64,000 bases of DNA, from the NCBI GenBank assembly GCA_964016885.1, contig OZ024743.1:105648001-105712000 (forward strand). The letters run 5' to 3'. The position numbers were made by a program, and so were the translations under genes. The stretch comes from Eledone cirrhosa. Taxonomy: Eukaryota. The notes beneath the pieces were generated by a model that made no database searches, was not told the origin of the DNA, and saw only the letters and a program-made list of their open reading frames with translations. Each line of letters begins with the position of its first letter. Position 1 is the stretch's first letter. Positions 1-13,771 of the stretch are shown here, in pieces.

Positions 1-2
1 AT

Positions 3-98
<96 letters not shown>

Positions 99-108
99 AT
101 ATAATATA
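1..108. repeat. (CA)n/(TA)n microsatellite, representative of dozens of similar tracts across the window
   Basis: Direct reading. Similar tracts occur at 1430-1575, 4103-4186, 6540-6972, 18046-18185, 26518-26745, 27785-27945, 35970-36200, 58485-58620, 60320-60750 and elsewhere. Confidence 0.98.
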
Positions 109-1459
109 AATAGACACAATAAATAATATACCTTGTGCATATTTGTGTGTGTATATATTATGCCTGTGTTTTTTCCTGTACACAAAATTGGATACCTTTT
201 AATCTTAATCCCATATATTATCCTGTACATGTATTTTATTCCGATATTGTTGGTTGCCATGTTTTAATATCATATTTGATGCACATCCTTTCTCTTCTGT
301 CTTATCCTATTCATACTAGGTGTCTTTTGTTTTATGCACAACATTTCACAAAGTGATACCCTCTGTTTATAGCCTTTTAAAATCTGAAATTCGATAGTTA
401 TCTTTCAGAATTCTCTACTTGCGCGGTCATTTAACCAGATAAAATAGAGATCTGAAGAAACCAGCCACAACAACAAAATATTCTAAAATCAACCTAAAAA
501 TATAGTGTATCTAGGTATCTGACGGCATGATCCTGATGAAATGCTTTTGGTCAACTTCAATCTTGGCCGGTATGTGACAAAACATCATAAGCATAACATA
601 ACAGACATCCATTAATGCAATTGATAATTGCCATTATGCCTCTAGCACATGCTGGCCTTTACTAAAACCATGAAAAAAAGAATATTTAATTAAATTTAGC
701 ACAACATATCTTCTAAAGAAATTAATTTGTTTGAGGATCATAATCAGTAGTACGTTGATCTCCGAAATATTCTCTATGTAATTATGTTGCATTCTCTATG
801 TGAATATGTTTTTTACTTTATTTCTTTATCCTTGTGTCTTCCTCTTGAGCAAGTCGACTGTGTTCAGACCTGCGAACGGGAAGGGCTGGTTTTTATAATG
901 CCCAGTCCAGGCTGTATATAAATAACACATGATTTCATCAGGGGCTAATATTACATGAGTGTAATGTATGTATAAGGGAAGAAAACAACGTATGAGTCAT
1001 AGATTTTGTAAGTTTATTATCCATATAACACAATTGAGTTATACAATTCATACGTGTATTATGTAATAAATACATTCATGGTAATTTGTTATAAAATACA
1101 AACATTATTTGTTCTTGAGGGGTGAGTCAACAGGGGAATCACCATATGTTTGCCTCTCCAGCGGGAATAAACAGCCTAATTTAGACTCTCTTAGAAATGG
1201 GAAGATCAAATAGATCAATGTGATCTTGGATATACAAAGCAGACTGGATGATCATAGCAGTTTGTGTTCACAGACACGCTCAATTAGAGTGGAACCCGCG
1301 TAACATAGTATAAACAAGACAGATTAAAAGGAGAATATTACGTAAATTGATTCCATACCAAAATTCGGAAATATCCCTGTATTTATATATACATAAATTG
1401 GCTCGAACAGGGAAAAGAGAATAAATACACGCACACACATACACATACACACACACTTT

Positions 1460-2567
<1,108 letters not shown>

Positions 2568-2700
2568 GATTCGCAATCGTAAGGTTGTGAGTTCGATTCC
2601 TGGAGCAGGCGATGCGTTATGTCCTTGAGCAAGACACTTTATTTCACATTGCTCCTTCTACCTGGAGTTGCGACCGATAGATAGTATTAGCAATTGGAAA
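2568..2700 (+). mobile_element. Truncated tRNA-derived CORE-type SINE fragment
   Basis: B-box gttcgattcc followed by gtccttgagcaagacactttatttcacattgctcc; same family as 46039-46535. Confidence 0.75.
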
Positions 2701-3020
2701 GACCAACGGAAACATTGTTCCCTCTGTCCGATTTGACGAAAGTCGATCGTCTCTTTATATATATATATTGTTATACTTTGGGAGGGTGATGTTGCCAATA
2801 AGAAACACACGCACCATTGCTTTCACTCCAATTTATTATAAATTAAATTTATAAATCTAAGAATTTGGTTGGTTGGTTCCACAACCGGACGGTTGTTCAT
2901 ATATTGTCAAAGTTCTTTCGTTACACATTCTGTGAACTCTTCACTGACTGGGGATTCTTTTCTTTGTTTTGTGCCTCTCCTTTGTTCTGTCCTACGCCAT
3001 CTTGCTTTTGTGTGTGTTGT

Positions 3021-3651
3021 ATAGGAGCAAATTTTGGAATAGAATAGAAAGAACTAGGAATAAGATTAATAGAATAAACTCATGGTATGATAGCAATAAA
3101 TACCAGAGTGTAATGTTCATCAATACAACCCCTAGAGGTGAATTAGCTTACATATTTAGAAGTGCCCTAGATAAACTTAAACTAAATATTAAGATAGTAG
3201 AAAGACCAGGTACCTCCATAAAAACACTTATTAGTAATACATACCATTTTCAAAGACCTCCCTGTATAGATAAGAAATGCATATTCTGTAAACTAAGCCC
3301 CCATATTAACTGTAAAACTAGAAACATAGTATATAGCATAAGATGTACTGAAGGACAATGTAAAGACAAGAATATAGTGTACATAGGTGAGACAGTTCGT
3401 AGTATAGGAGAACGATGAAATGAACACTGGCGAGAGCTTCAAGATAGAAAAGCTTCATCAGTACTCCACCAGCATGCTAAAATAGAACATAAGGGCAAAT
3501 TAGAGAACATAGAAATAAAAATAAAATAAAATCTACACACAGAAAAGACGTAATATTTAGACAAATCACAAAGGCAATAAACATAAATGAACTCCAGCCA
3601 AAATTAAATAGAAAACATGAATGGAATAGCAATACCACAACTTACAATTAA
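3021..3651 (+). pseudogene. PLE Cys-rich linker plus GIY-YIG endonuclease fragment (Neptune/Nematis-like), with stop and frameshift
   Basis: VMFINTTPRGELA...IVERPG...CIDKKCIFCK...CKTRNIVYSIRC...C...YIGETVRSIGER*NEH...SSVLHQHAKIEHKG, then after a frameshift RQITKAINI...PKLNRKHEW. Confidence 0.9.
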
Positions 3652-3847
3652 AGACAAAATGAAAACACACACACATAGAACAACCAGCCAACCAGTAACA
3701 TGTAAATAAACAAATAAATAAATAAATAAAAACACACACAGACACCCGGATGTAACACATGCGCAAACTATGCACACAACACACACACAAATAAGATGGC
3801 GCAGAACAGAACAAAGGAGAGGCACACAACAAAGATAATAATCCCCG

Positions 3848-3890
3848 GTCACTGATGAGGTCACACAATGTGTGACGAAAGCACTTTGAC
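3848..3890 (+). ncRNA. Minimal type I hammerhead ribozyme in the PLE pLTR
   Basis: gtca CTGATGA g gtcacac-aat-gtgtgac GAAAG ca CTT tgac. Stem I gtca/tgac, 7-bp stem II, very short stem III. A decayed mirror copy lies at about 2905-2950 (minus). Confidence 0.8.
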
Positions 3891-4098
3891 AATATATGAA
3901 CAACCGTCCGGTTGTGGAACCAACCAACAAACCGAAAATTTATAAATTCTTGAATTTAGGAATTTAATTTATAATAAATTAGAGTGAAACACTGGTGCAT
4001 GTGTTTCTTATTTGCAACATGACCCTCCCAAAGTATAACAATATCGGTTTCAACACACGTTTTCAGATAGAGAATCTTGCTAAACAAATTCAGAAACG

Positions 4099-4189
<91 letters not shown>

Positions 4190-5104
4190 CGTGTGTGTGT
4201 GTAAGTATCTGTATGAATAGCTAAGATATATAGATTCCCATATATATATACATATATGAAACAATAAATTATTCCCCTATAAATAAGAGAATAATTTTTC
4301 TTGCAGGTAAATCTGAAAAGGAGAGAAGACAAAGACAGTGACCAAAGGAACTAATAATAGTTTCATTGATATATTTTCGAGCATGTATTCCATTTTTGTA
4401 TTACTATTTCTAATTATATTATCCCTCTAAATCGGACTATTTCCACTTCCTCTGTACAAATATTGTCATTAAATTTGCAAGATATTTATTTATTGTTAAA
4501 CCGACGTTTGTGTAAATTTTTAATGATACTTTCATGGAATCTGTCATTTTCTGCAGAATCCAAGAAACATGCGTTATGACGTTTCAGTATATTACATGGT
4601 TTCGAATTAATATCATTTCACCGGATTGTCTTTAATCAGCTTTATTTTTACATATATTTTCGGTCTTACACCGAAGATGAAAGTATACTTGCTTCTTAAT
4701 CTTTATAAGTATGAATGGCAAAAGTATGAACAATTTTTCGTAGGGAAAATAAAATGAAATAAAAATCTAATAACGAGCGATCGATATGTATATGTATGCT
4801 TGAAATTAGGTATATTTCTTTCTTAGAATCCTTTAAATTACCTATCTATAAATTACATTATTACATTTCTGGAGACCGTAATTAATAGATATCATTCGAC
4901 TGCAAAAAAAACAAAAAAAAACAAAACAAAAAAAACAACAACAACAAAAAACAAACAAACAAACAAACAAACAAAAAACACTTCATTAATATTTCCCCTT
5001 CGTGCGTTGGTTCCTGGGATGAAAGAAATGCATACTTCTAAGTTGTCAAGCTAAACGGAACAGATAAGTCATGCATTTTTATGTATGAATATATATATAT
5101 ATAT

Positions 5105-5232
5105 ATAGTAATAATAATAAATGTGAAGACTAAAATCCGAAGAGGGGTTGGTACGGATAATATATATATATACATATATAAATCCGTAGGGCAAATATTT
5201 ATTAAAATAACAGATTAATGTTTAATCTGTTA

Positions 5233-5240
<8 letters not shown>
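5105..5240. mobile_element. Dispersed TA-flanked repeat family (copies also at 19985-20075, 31920-32455, 60455-60580, 63410-63483)
   Basis: Shared motifs taataataaa..tgaagactaaaatcc(g/a)aagaggg and aaaataacagattaaagtttaagcaaagaatcgctgctttcaccc, in both orientations. Confidence 0.75.
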
Positions 5241-5283
<43 letters not shown>

Positions 5284-5289
5284 TTAATG

Positions 5290-6218
5290 AAAATAAAAAA
5301 GTCACGGGCGGAAGAGGGTATTATCCATCATCAGTTGTCTGCTAGGAATCATCGATATTTCTTCGCGTTAGAGAAAAGATATCTCAACCTATCCGATCAA
5401 TAACTAAAATAAGTTATTGGGATAAAAAGGGGGAGAGAGAAAAAAATTACGTAAACATACACGAAAAGTAAAGCAACGTAAAGAGAGGAAAAATATCAAC
5501 GTAAAGAGAGGAAAAGTAACAAACTTTTTTCGGACATAAGTCCTGGCAAGTGTGACGAGAGAGAACAGACACGTCTTGGCGGCTGTAGCATTGTGAGCGA
5601 GAAAAGAGACTGTTTGCAGTGGCGGACGATGGAGGAAGTGAGCTAGCCGAGAGAGGGTGACTAGCAGAGATGATGTGAGTGAAAGTAAGAGGAAGCGAGA
5701 AAGAGATAGTTATAGTGGCAGGCTATCAGAGAGAAGGTGACTAGAAGAAGGGTGAGTGAAAATAAGAGGGAGAAAGAGAGAGAATGGGGAGAGTTAATAG
5801 CAACAAGGGAAGAGAAAAGACGGGTGACAGCGGAAATGGAAAAATATATGAAGAAAATGGCGGGTTGTGTGGTTTCACTCACTCCCTCTCTGCTAGTCAC
5901 CCTCTCTCGGCTAGCTCACTTCCTCCATCGTCCGCCACTGCAAGCAGTCTCTTTTATCGCTCACAATGCTACAGTCAAGACGTGTCTGTTCTCTCTCGTT
6001 ACACTTGCCAGGACTTATGTCCGAATAAGGTTTGACTTGATATTTTTCCTCACTTTACCTTGCTTTACTTTTCGTGTCTGTTTACGTATTTATTCTCTCT
6101 CACCCCTTTTTATCCCAATAACTTATCGCACTAGGTTGAGATATTTTGTCTCTAATGCGAAAAAATATCGATGATTCCTATCGCCCGTCTTTCGCCCGTA
6201 ACTTTTTCATTTTCATTA
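5290..6218. mobile_element. Fold-back element with about 350-400 bp inverted arms in (TA)n
   Basis: 5290-5685 is approximately the reverse complement of 5872-6218, e.g. gcagtggcggacgatggaggaagtgagctagccgagagagggtgactagcagaga. Confidence 0.85.
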
Positions 6219-6271
6219 TACTTAAATGCAACCACTCAGCCCGCCATTTTATTCATATATATATATATATA

Positions 6272-6311
<40 letters not shown>

Positions 6312-6532
6312 TGTTCGTACATATATGTACGTATATGTACATATATGCACGTATATGTTTGTTCGTACATATATGTAAGTGTCTATATATATAGGGTTAA
6401 GTATGACACAAGAAAAGAGGGGAGCAAAAAGTTAAAGAGTAAATTTAAAAACGGATTTAAAAAGAAATGTTATGAGAAACTAAGTTAGGCATCTGACAAA
6501 CATTTTCATAAAATAAGAAAAATGTGTATACG

Positions 6533-6586
<54 letters not shown>

Positions 6587-6643
6587 CGAAGAGAAGGAGA
6601 AGAGATCTTGACGATACGATGTTTTCAACGGTTACATCCTCTG

Positions 6644-6706
<63 letters not shown>

Positions 6707-6733
6707 AACACATATATATATATATTTATTTAT

Positions 6734-6770
<37 letters not shown>

Positions 6771-6791
6771 AATACATATATATATATATAC

Positions 6792-6881
<90 letters not shown>

Positions 6882-6882
6882 C

Positions 6883-6975
<93 letters not shown>

Positions 6976-7339
6976 AGATACACTCACATACATATATAAA
7001 TGTGCGTGAGTGTACTTAGAAACATATATGTGTCGTTACGTATCATATACTCATATTGTTTTTCTAGATATCGAATATATACAGTTTAATAACTATACAT
7101 ATATGCGATATGTATATATTATTCATGGTCTGATATTATTGCTATTGGATATCGGTTTTCGGTCAAATAGACGAAATGGCCTCAATGGGAATTTCATTGA
7201 ATAGCAATAAACTTCGATAAAATGTCAAAATTGAACTCAAAACCTACATATTGAATTCATTCACAACATATTCCATTTTGGTGTGGGGTTGATTGGAATT
7301 TATAAATATACCAACAGCTTTACAGCAGTCTATTAGACA

Positions 7340-7650
7340 GTGTGTGTGAATGTGTTGGACCTCCATCGATTCAGATGATGAGTGTTCCAGTTGATTTGAT
7401 CAACGGAATATCATACGTGGAACATTAACATTAAAGTAGCTAAACATCCAACAGACAGTTGTACACTTAGCGTAGTTCTTGAGAAGATTCAACTTGACAT
7501 ATATTGTTACAAAGCTATCCCTTGTAATTACAGATATAACTTATTGACTGCTGACTAGAGCTACGCAAAATAAAATATCTTGCCCGAGCCGTAAACGGTG
7601 CAATCTTGAGCGGAACACCGTATCCACTCGCCACACAGCTTTAAAATCTC
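7340..7650 (-). mobile_element. Degenerate CORE-type SINE copy (others at 22880-23165, 34950-35170, 51720-51985)
   Basis: Reverse-complement similarity to the body of the 46039-46535 SINE (gttccagttgat..atcaacggaa, ctggagcaacgtgaaata). Confidence 0.6.
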
Positions 7651-7975
7651 ATAAAATATTAAAAAAATATCAGAACGAAATTGCATCCTTTTACTTAACG
7701 AGTGCGTTCCAACACAAACGCTCCAACTGGTACAAATACTACACACATATTTATCAAATCATACACTATCATCGTAAAAAACAAAGCACGCATTTGTCAA
7801 GGTAAACCAGAATGACCCGATTGCAACAGCTTTAATCATAGAGCTCAGGTATCCCGCTTCACCCGGGAGAAACGACTGTATTGGATGTATTGTCTGGTAT
7901 GAGGTGAGACCGTAATACAGTAGTATGTATATACATACATGCACACACATATATATATATGTGCGTATGGGTTTA

Positions 7976-8378
7976 CCGAACATTTATTATAATGCTCGGT
8001 TTGTTTGTAAACAAACAGCCCGAATTATTAGCCGTACAGTGCTCGGCAACCATCGTTGCCCTCAACACTGACAAAGGAAAGATGAACCAGTTTCTAGCTT
8101 ATTAGCTGTCATCAGCACCGTATACCTTCCTGTCAGTCGATTGAACGTTTGAAAGTATATACTTTCCTTATGCATATTAACGGCTGAGCAGCCTTATTTG
8201 CATATCGAGTGAGTTAGTCGGCCGAACGTACCGAAAACGATAAATGGAAAAAATGAAATTTCATTTCTCAATCTTAGTACGGCGTTCCTTTGTCAGTGTT
8301 GAACAAAAGGGCAACGATGGTTGCCGAATACTGTACGGCTAATTTACAAACAAACCGAGCATTATAATAAATGTTCGG
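7976..8378 (-). mobile_element. 403-bp element with about 100-bp terminal inverted repeats, TA on both flanks, internal HHR
   Basis: ccgaacatttattataatgctcggtttgtttgtaaa ... tttacaaacaaaccgagcattataataaatgttcgg. TA at 7974-7975 and 8379-8380. Confidence 0.85.
8081..8119 (-). ncRNA. Minimal type I hammerhead ribozyme
   Basis: Minus strand: ggtg CTGATGA c agct-aata-agct a GAAAC tg GTT catc. Confidence 0.7.
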
Positions 8379-8385
8379 TATACTA

Positions 8386-8500
8386 TTCGATCATTATACC
8401 AAAAGCTTATAGTTTTAAGCAGACAGTATTATTGATTTAGGTGTCATAGAAACCCTGCATTTTGATTTTACCATCAATTCCAATGGGTCCATGTAGGTTA

Positions 8501-8576
<76 letters not shown>

Positions 8577-9177
8577 ATTTTATCATTTATTTTGTTTGAC
8601 CTGTTTAGCTTGACTTGTTTTTTGGTTTAGGTGGTTAATGCCTTCTTGAACACTTTTTCAGTTTTGTATGGCGTTTTAACATATATGTTTAGCTCTGGTG
8701 TTTTAACTATGGAGCGCTTGCCAGAATAGCACTGATTTTTCGTTTCGTTTCGACTTTTCTAGCCGCCGAAATGCGATTCTCGCTGAATTTATATTTGTAT
8801 TAATCTCCCGAGTCTTACAATTAACCTGTTAATAATTCTATTGGCAGATTAATTGCATAAGTTTATTTTAAAACTAACGGTTGAGTGCTTATTTGATTTG
8901 TGCTATTTATGCAATCTTTTGCATGATTTACACATACTGAATTCATTTACTAAAATCTGGGATTTTCCCCCTTGTGAGTTACGCATGTGCTTTTACAAAG
9001 CCCTGCGTCATTCATAAAGTTGGCGCAGAGCAAAGTACCTGTTGATAAGGTGATATCCCTTGTTCGATCATTATACCAAAATCTTATAGTTTTAAGCAGA
9101 CAGTATTATTGATTTAGGTGTCATAGAAACCCTGCATTTGGATTTTACCATCAATTCCAATGGATCCAGGTCGGTTA

Positions 9178-9217
<40 letters not shown>

Positions 9218-9323
9218 ATTTTATCATTTATTTTGTTTGACCTATTTAGCTTGACTTGTTTTTTCGCTTAGGTGGTTAATGCCTTCTTGACCACTTTTTC
9301 AGTTTTGTATGGCGTTTTAACAT
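8386..9323. repeat. Tandem duplication (about 677-bp period); second copy interrupted by the LTR element and resuming at 14741-14855
   Basis: 8386-8682 matches 9064-9323, and 8678-8792 matches 14741-14855. Confidence 0.9.
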
Positions 9324-9333
9324 TTAGTACATA

Positions 9334-9759
9334 TGGTCACCAATTTAGAAGGTTGCGTTGTTCTTATGATTTAGAGGGGAGTTCGTTTCCGTAGCTTGGC
9401 TGGTGAACATCTCTACTATTTGTTGTTAGGTGTAGGTACACAATTAAGCAAAAAAGAACATACCTCGAGATTATATGTACATGAGCATTTTAATCAGAGC
9501 AATTAACAAAACAGGTTATCATATCAGTTGTTCCTAGGTTGGTAATTCGTAATCATCATTAATTGGCGGTCTTTAATTATCCGGTGACCGCATGGTGTGC
9601 TATCGCTGTTTCGCCACCGTGAAACGCGTCTGTTCGCCTCTAGAGACTAAAGTCGAAGAGAGAGTTTATTCAGCTACAGACGTCAGAACGTGACGTCAAA
9701 ACTAAGGGAAGTTAATCGACTGCCTCCAAAGTCAAAGCTAGGTGGCGTGATCTTCTACA
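9334..9759 (-). repeat. 3' LTR (426 bp)
   Basis: TG...CA ends; about 20 differences from 14314-14740 by eye (about 95% identity). Confidence 0.95.
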
Positions 9760-10146
9760 TGGAAATAAAAATCGGTTCATCGGACCATGTATGTAGAAAA
9801 GCGATGAGCAACTAGCAAAAACCCCAAACCAAGGAGCAATCAGCCCAATCGAGCATGAAGGGCACATCAAATTTCAAAAGAACATATGAAACAAGCATGC
9901 AAGAACGAGAAAGGAAAAAATTATAATAAAATGTAAATACAATTTTTTAAATTTCATATAGTTCAAATAGGAAATACAGGATTAAAGCGCCGCACAATAG
10001 CAGCTTAAAAATATACAGTGCTACACAGTGTTTTGGGCCAATGAACCCTCCTACCGGAACGGGTCGTAGTCTTATATCTTGGTGATGGTGGAGGGGGACG
10101 AAGAAGCAGGTGTGTGTGCGAAAGAAAAAGACGGAGCGTTTGAGGC

Positions 10147-11000
10147 TCAGGTGTCCAAATGTGCTCGTTTGAGTCGATCAATAGAAACCGTCTCTCTGGA
10201 ACCCTTAATGTCTACAGTGAAATGTATCTCGGAACGAGCTAATACACGGTAGGGTCCAGAGGCAATATCCCTCGGGACTGCAGATTTTACAGTTTGCTTC
10301 CTCGTATCCATCGGCGGCAGGCCCTGAAAATAAGAACGCAGACGGGATACGTAGGAAAGCGGATCTTGTGCAGCAAGATTGACAGGAGCATTTTCCCAGG
10401 TAACGCTAGAGGAGCACCATATAATATTTAGGCCGGGGAGAACCCAAGGTCCTTCTTTATTGTTGACCCAATCCCCAACAACACAATAGGGAGGTACTCG
10501 CTCCAACGCGTAGAGTCAGGAGAAATCCGTAGAGCGGCTTTTAGTTGTCGGTGGAAGCGCTCCACCATTCCATTAGAGGCAGGATGATATGCAGTCGTTC
10601 GGATGCGTTTAGCGCCGATGATTTTCGTTAATTCATGGAAGAGATTCGATTCAAACTGCCTTCCACGGTCCGTGGTAATTGACGTTGGCACTCCATATCG
10701 AACGATCCATCCAGACACAAGGGCACGCGCTGTCGTCTCAGCAGTGATATCTTTCAAAGGGATGGCTTCAGGCCATCGCGAAAAACCATCAATATGTAAT
10801 GACCACCGCTGATTGGTCAAGGTCCCACGATGTCCACATGAATGTGGTGAAACCGAGCGTCCGGGTTACTAAAAGTACCTAGAGGAGTCTTAACATGCCT
10901 GTGAACCTTTGATTGTTGGCAAGCAACACATGGACGGCACCAAACAGTAATATCACGTCTCATTTGACCAGAAGAACATAGCCGTTATCAGTTTTACTGT
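10147..11000 (-). pseudogene. Gypsy integrase (Zn finger, DDE core, GPY/F), frameshifted
   Basis: [64 protein letters not shown]. Confidence 0.93.
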
Positions 11001-11748
11001 GGCGAAGCTCCTGGATGTGAAATGCCGTGTAAAACAAGAAACACAATTCGACGATGGTTCAACGGAACAAAAGAGTCTGCGGTCGATAATGGTAGGTATT
11101 TCATCCTGCAATTCACAAATTCAGACGATGTAACATCCAACGATTCGAGGGTAGGCTGATCGGCTGCCAAGCGATTCAAATCTATGTCATCGGACGACGA
11201 GATCGAAGCAATCGGTAAACGAGTCAGGGCGTCGGCCGCTGTATTCATAGAACCCGGAATATGTTGAATATCATTAGTAAATTGAGAGATGAGGTCGAGA
11301 TGTCTAGTTTCTCTGGGCGAGTATTTTTCGGCCTTTGCTTACACGGCTTGTGGTCCGTGAAGATGGTGAACGTTCTTCCTTCTGCGAAAAATGCTTCACC
11401 GATAAGTATATAGCTAACAACTCCCGTGCTGTGGCGGGTTTCGGCAGGTTTGAGCTTCCTGGAGAAAAATTCCAACGGTTGCTGTTGATTATTCCTACTT
11501 TGTTGCAAAACTTCGCCAACGGCAGTATCCGACGCATCAACACAAAGTGAAAGCTTAGCATTGGACACTGGGTGAGCCAGCAAAGATGCATTGGCTAGAG
11601 CAATTTTCGCATTCTCAAAATCCTCGCGCTGAGTTTCATTCAAAGAAATGTCTTTATTCTTCTTTCGGCAATTTTTCAAAATTTCCGTCAAAGAGAAGAG
11701 TAGCTTAGCACAATTAGGTACAATCCGCCTATAAAAATTAATCAGCCC
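10994..11748 (-). pseudogene. Gypsy RT connection and RNase H, frameshifted
   Basis: VDASDTAVGEVLQQ, PLEFFSRKL, RELLAIYLSVKHF, FTDHKP, NTAADALTR. Confidence 0.93.
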
Positions 11749-12537
11749 CTAGAATTGGCGCAACTGATGGAGTGAGGTTGGTGGAGGCAAATCCTCTATA
11801 GCTTTAACTCTCTCAGGAATAGGTCGAATACCGTCAGTATCAATGACGTGGCCCAAAAAGTTCAGAGATTCGGAACCAAAAACACATTTTGATGGATTAA
11901 TCCGAACATTGTAATGCTTCAAACGACAACATAGAACGTCCAGATGGCTCAAATGTTGCTCTCGATAAGAACTAGCAACAAGAGGGTCATCAACATATGT
12001 GTATACAAAGGCGAGGCCGCGAGTGACCTCATCCATAAATCGCTGGAAGGTGCTAGCAGCATTTCTTAACCCGAAAGGCATGGTGAGATATTCAAAAGAT
12101 CCAAATGGCGTAGTTATAGCCGTTTTCGGGATGTCGTCTCTGTTGACAGGAATCTGGTTGTAGGCTCGTATCAAATCGAGTATCGAAAAAATGTTACAAC
12201 CTTGCAACGAGGATGCAAAATCCTGCAGATGAGGGATAGGATACCGATCCGGTATGGTCATCGAGTTCAATCGTCTATAGTCCCCAGTGGGTCTCCAATC
12301 GCCAGAAGATTTTGGCACCATATGTACTGGAGATGCCCACGGGGTCGTGGAAGGACGAATAATTCCGAGCTGTAGCATATGATCTAACTCGGACCGTGCT
12401 GCTTTCAGTTTGTCCGCTTGCAATCGACGGGGACGCGATAAAACCGGAGCGCCAGTAGTAGTAATAAAATGCTCCGTGGCGTGGTTTGGACCAGTGACTC
12501 TAAAGTTTTCATGAGTCAGTTGCGGGAACGATTTCAA
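11749..12537 (-). pseudogene. Gypsy reverse transcriptase
   Basis: [53 protein letters not shown]; ends in a premature stop. Confidence 0.96.
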
Positions 12538-12945
12538 AAATCCATGATATGGCTTTCCGGAGTTAGCGATGAGAATGTCGGGCTAACTGTAGAAACTTCT
12601 GCCGTCCTGCCACAAATAGAAAAACCAGTAATATCATCGACGAGGCGTTGGTGACGGACGTCCACCGTTAAAGAAAAATGGTGCAGGAAGTCCGTGCCCA
12701 AAATCGGGTATGGCAAGTCGGCAACGGTGAAAACCCATTTGAAATCCCGACGAAGATTTCGAAACTGAAGAGGAAACGATATCTGTCCAAAAGTTCGCAT
12801 TGGTGACTGGTTGACAGCTTACAATTCAATCGACGACTCGGGAGGAGATACTGTCATACAATTAACAGGCCAAATACTGCACGAAGCTCCTGTGTCTACT
12901 AGCAAGGATCTTCCAGACAAGAGGTCCTCTATGAAGAAATGGCGG
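12534..12945 (-). pseudogene. Gypsy aspartic protease
   Basis: FFIEDLLSGRSLLVDTGASCSIWP; FTVADLPYPILGTDFLHHF. Confidence 0.9.
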
Positions 12946-13014
12946 TTCTGTTGTGTCTCGCAGAGTTCACTTGCCGCCTTTAGTGACTCTGATCTACATT
13001 TCCCGAAGCTGAAT

Positions 13015-13771
13015 ATTTACATGGAGGCCGGCAATGTTTTGCCTTATCCGCGAAAGTGGCATGATACCATCAAAATAATGGATTGCTGGCGGGCGAAGTA
13101 GTATGCAGGCGTGGAGTCGTGAAAGAACGCGAACGACTCCTAGGCCAGCGGGAATACGGCCTATTCTCCCTGTATAACCGAGCGACTTGCTGCGTCAAAG
13201 CATCAATAGCTTTTAACATGGCATCCTCGCGTGTCGAGACGGGCTGGTTCGAACGTGAAGGAGAAGCAACACACGAGTCCGGGGCGGTAGCCTTTCTAGA
13301 AAATTCCACGATTCGATCAGCGGAGGGAGCAATCTGCTCAAAAGAGCTGGTATCCACAATGTTCGCCAAGATAATTTGGACGTTGTTTGGCAGGCGAGAG
13401 AAAAATAGTTTTTTGATAAATGAACTATCCTGATCGGGCGATTCGTTGAGGTCTCGAATGTGTCGCAAAAATTCAGACGGTGTTCTGTCACCTAAACACA
13501 CGTCATCCAACAATGAACGAAATCTGCTTACAGCAGAACGACTGTTTCTTCTTAATATTTCTTCCCGTAATGAATCATATGAAATACCGGCCGACGGTTT
13601 CGTTATCAAATGCTTCACCGTTGTAGCGAGTGAAGAAGGAATGCCGCTTATCAAAACGTTGAGCTTCTGCTCTGTTTTCACTCCGTTCGCAGCGAAATAT
13701 GCGTCGAGTTGTGCAAACCAGAGTTTGGTATCACCTGAGGACGCAGGTAAATTAGGACCACTCATTGTCAA
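13015..13771 (-). pseudogene. Gypsy gag with CHCC zinc knuckle whose first Cys is mutated to a stop
   Basis: DTKLWFAQLDAYF, LGDRTPSEFLRH, FFSRLP. Reading through the stop gives *WYHATFADKAKHCRPPC. Confidence 0.92.

Larger units (their letters stand above)
2765..4044 (+). mobile_element. 5'-truncated Penelope-like element with inverted pseudo-LTR
   Basis: 2765-3020 is the reverse complement of about 3775-4044. The arms enclose GIY-YIG coding sequence, the pLTR carries an HHR, and there is (TA)n on the left flank. Confidence 0.9.

Noticed and set aside
530-945. CTGATGA motifs at 533 (plus) and about 935 (minus); likewise 5328, 17762, 22189, 42297 and 60170
   Set aside because: No correctly placed GAAA, NUH and stem I could be found, so they were not counted as ribozymes.
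3416-3418. In-frame TGA in the GIY-YIG fragment as possible selenocysteine
   Set aside because: It falls in ERxNEH, not at a conserved Cys, and the fragment has other lesions; most simply a TGG-to-TGA nonsense change.
5661-6174. ORFs of 79-145 aa with normal-looking composition
   Set aside because: They lie within the arms and spacer of a fold-back repeat and show no recognisable domain.
13070-13072. TGA at the first Cys of the gag CHCC knuckle as programmed readthrough or selenocysteine
   Set aside because: The element carries many other stops and frameshifts, so ordinary decay is sufficient.
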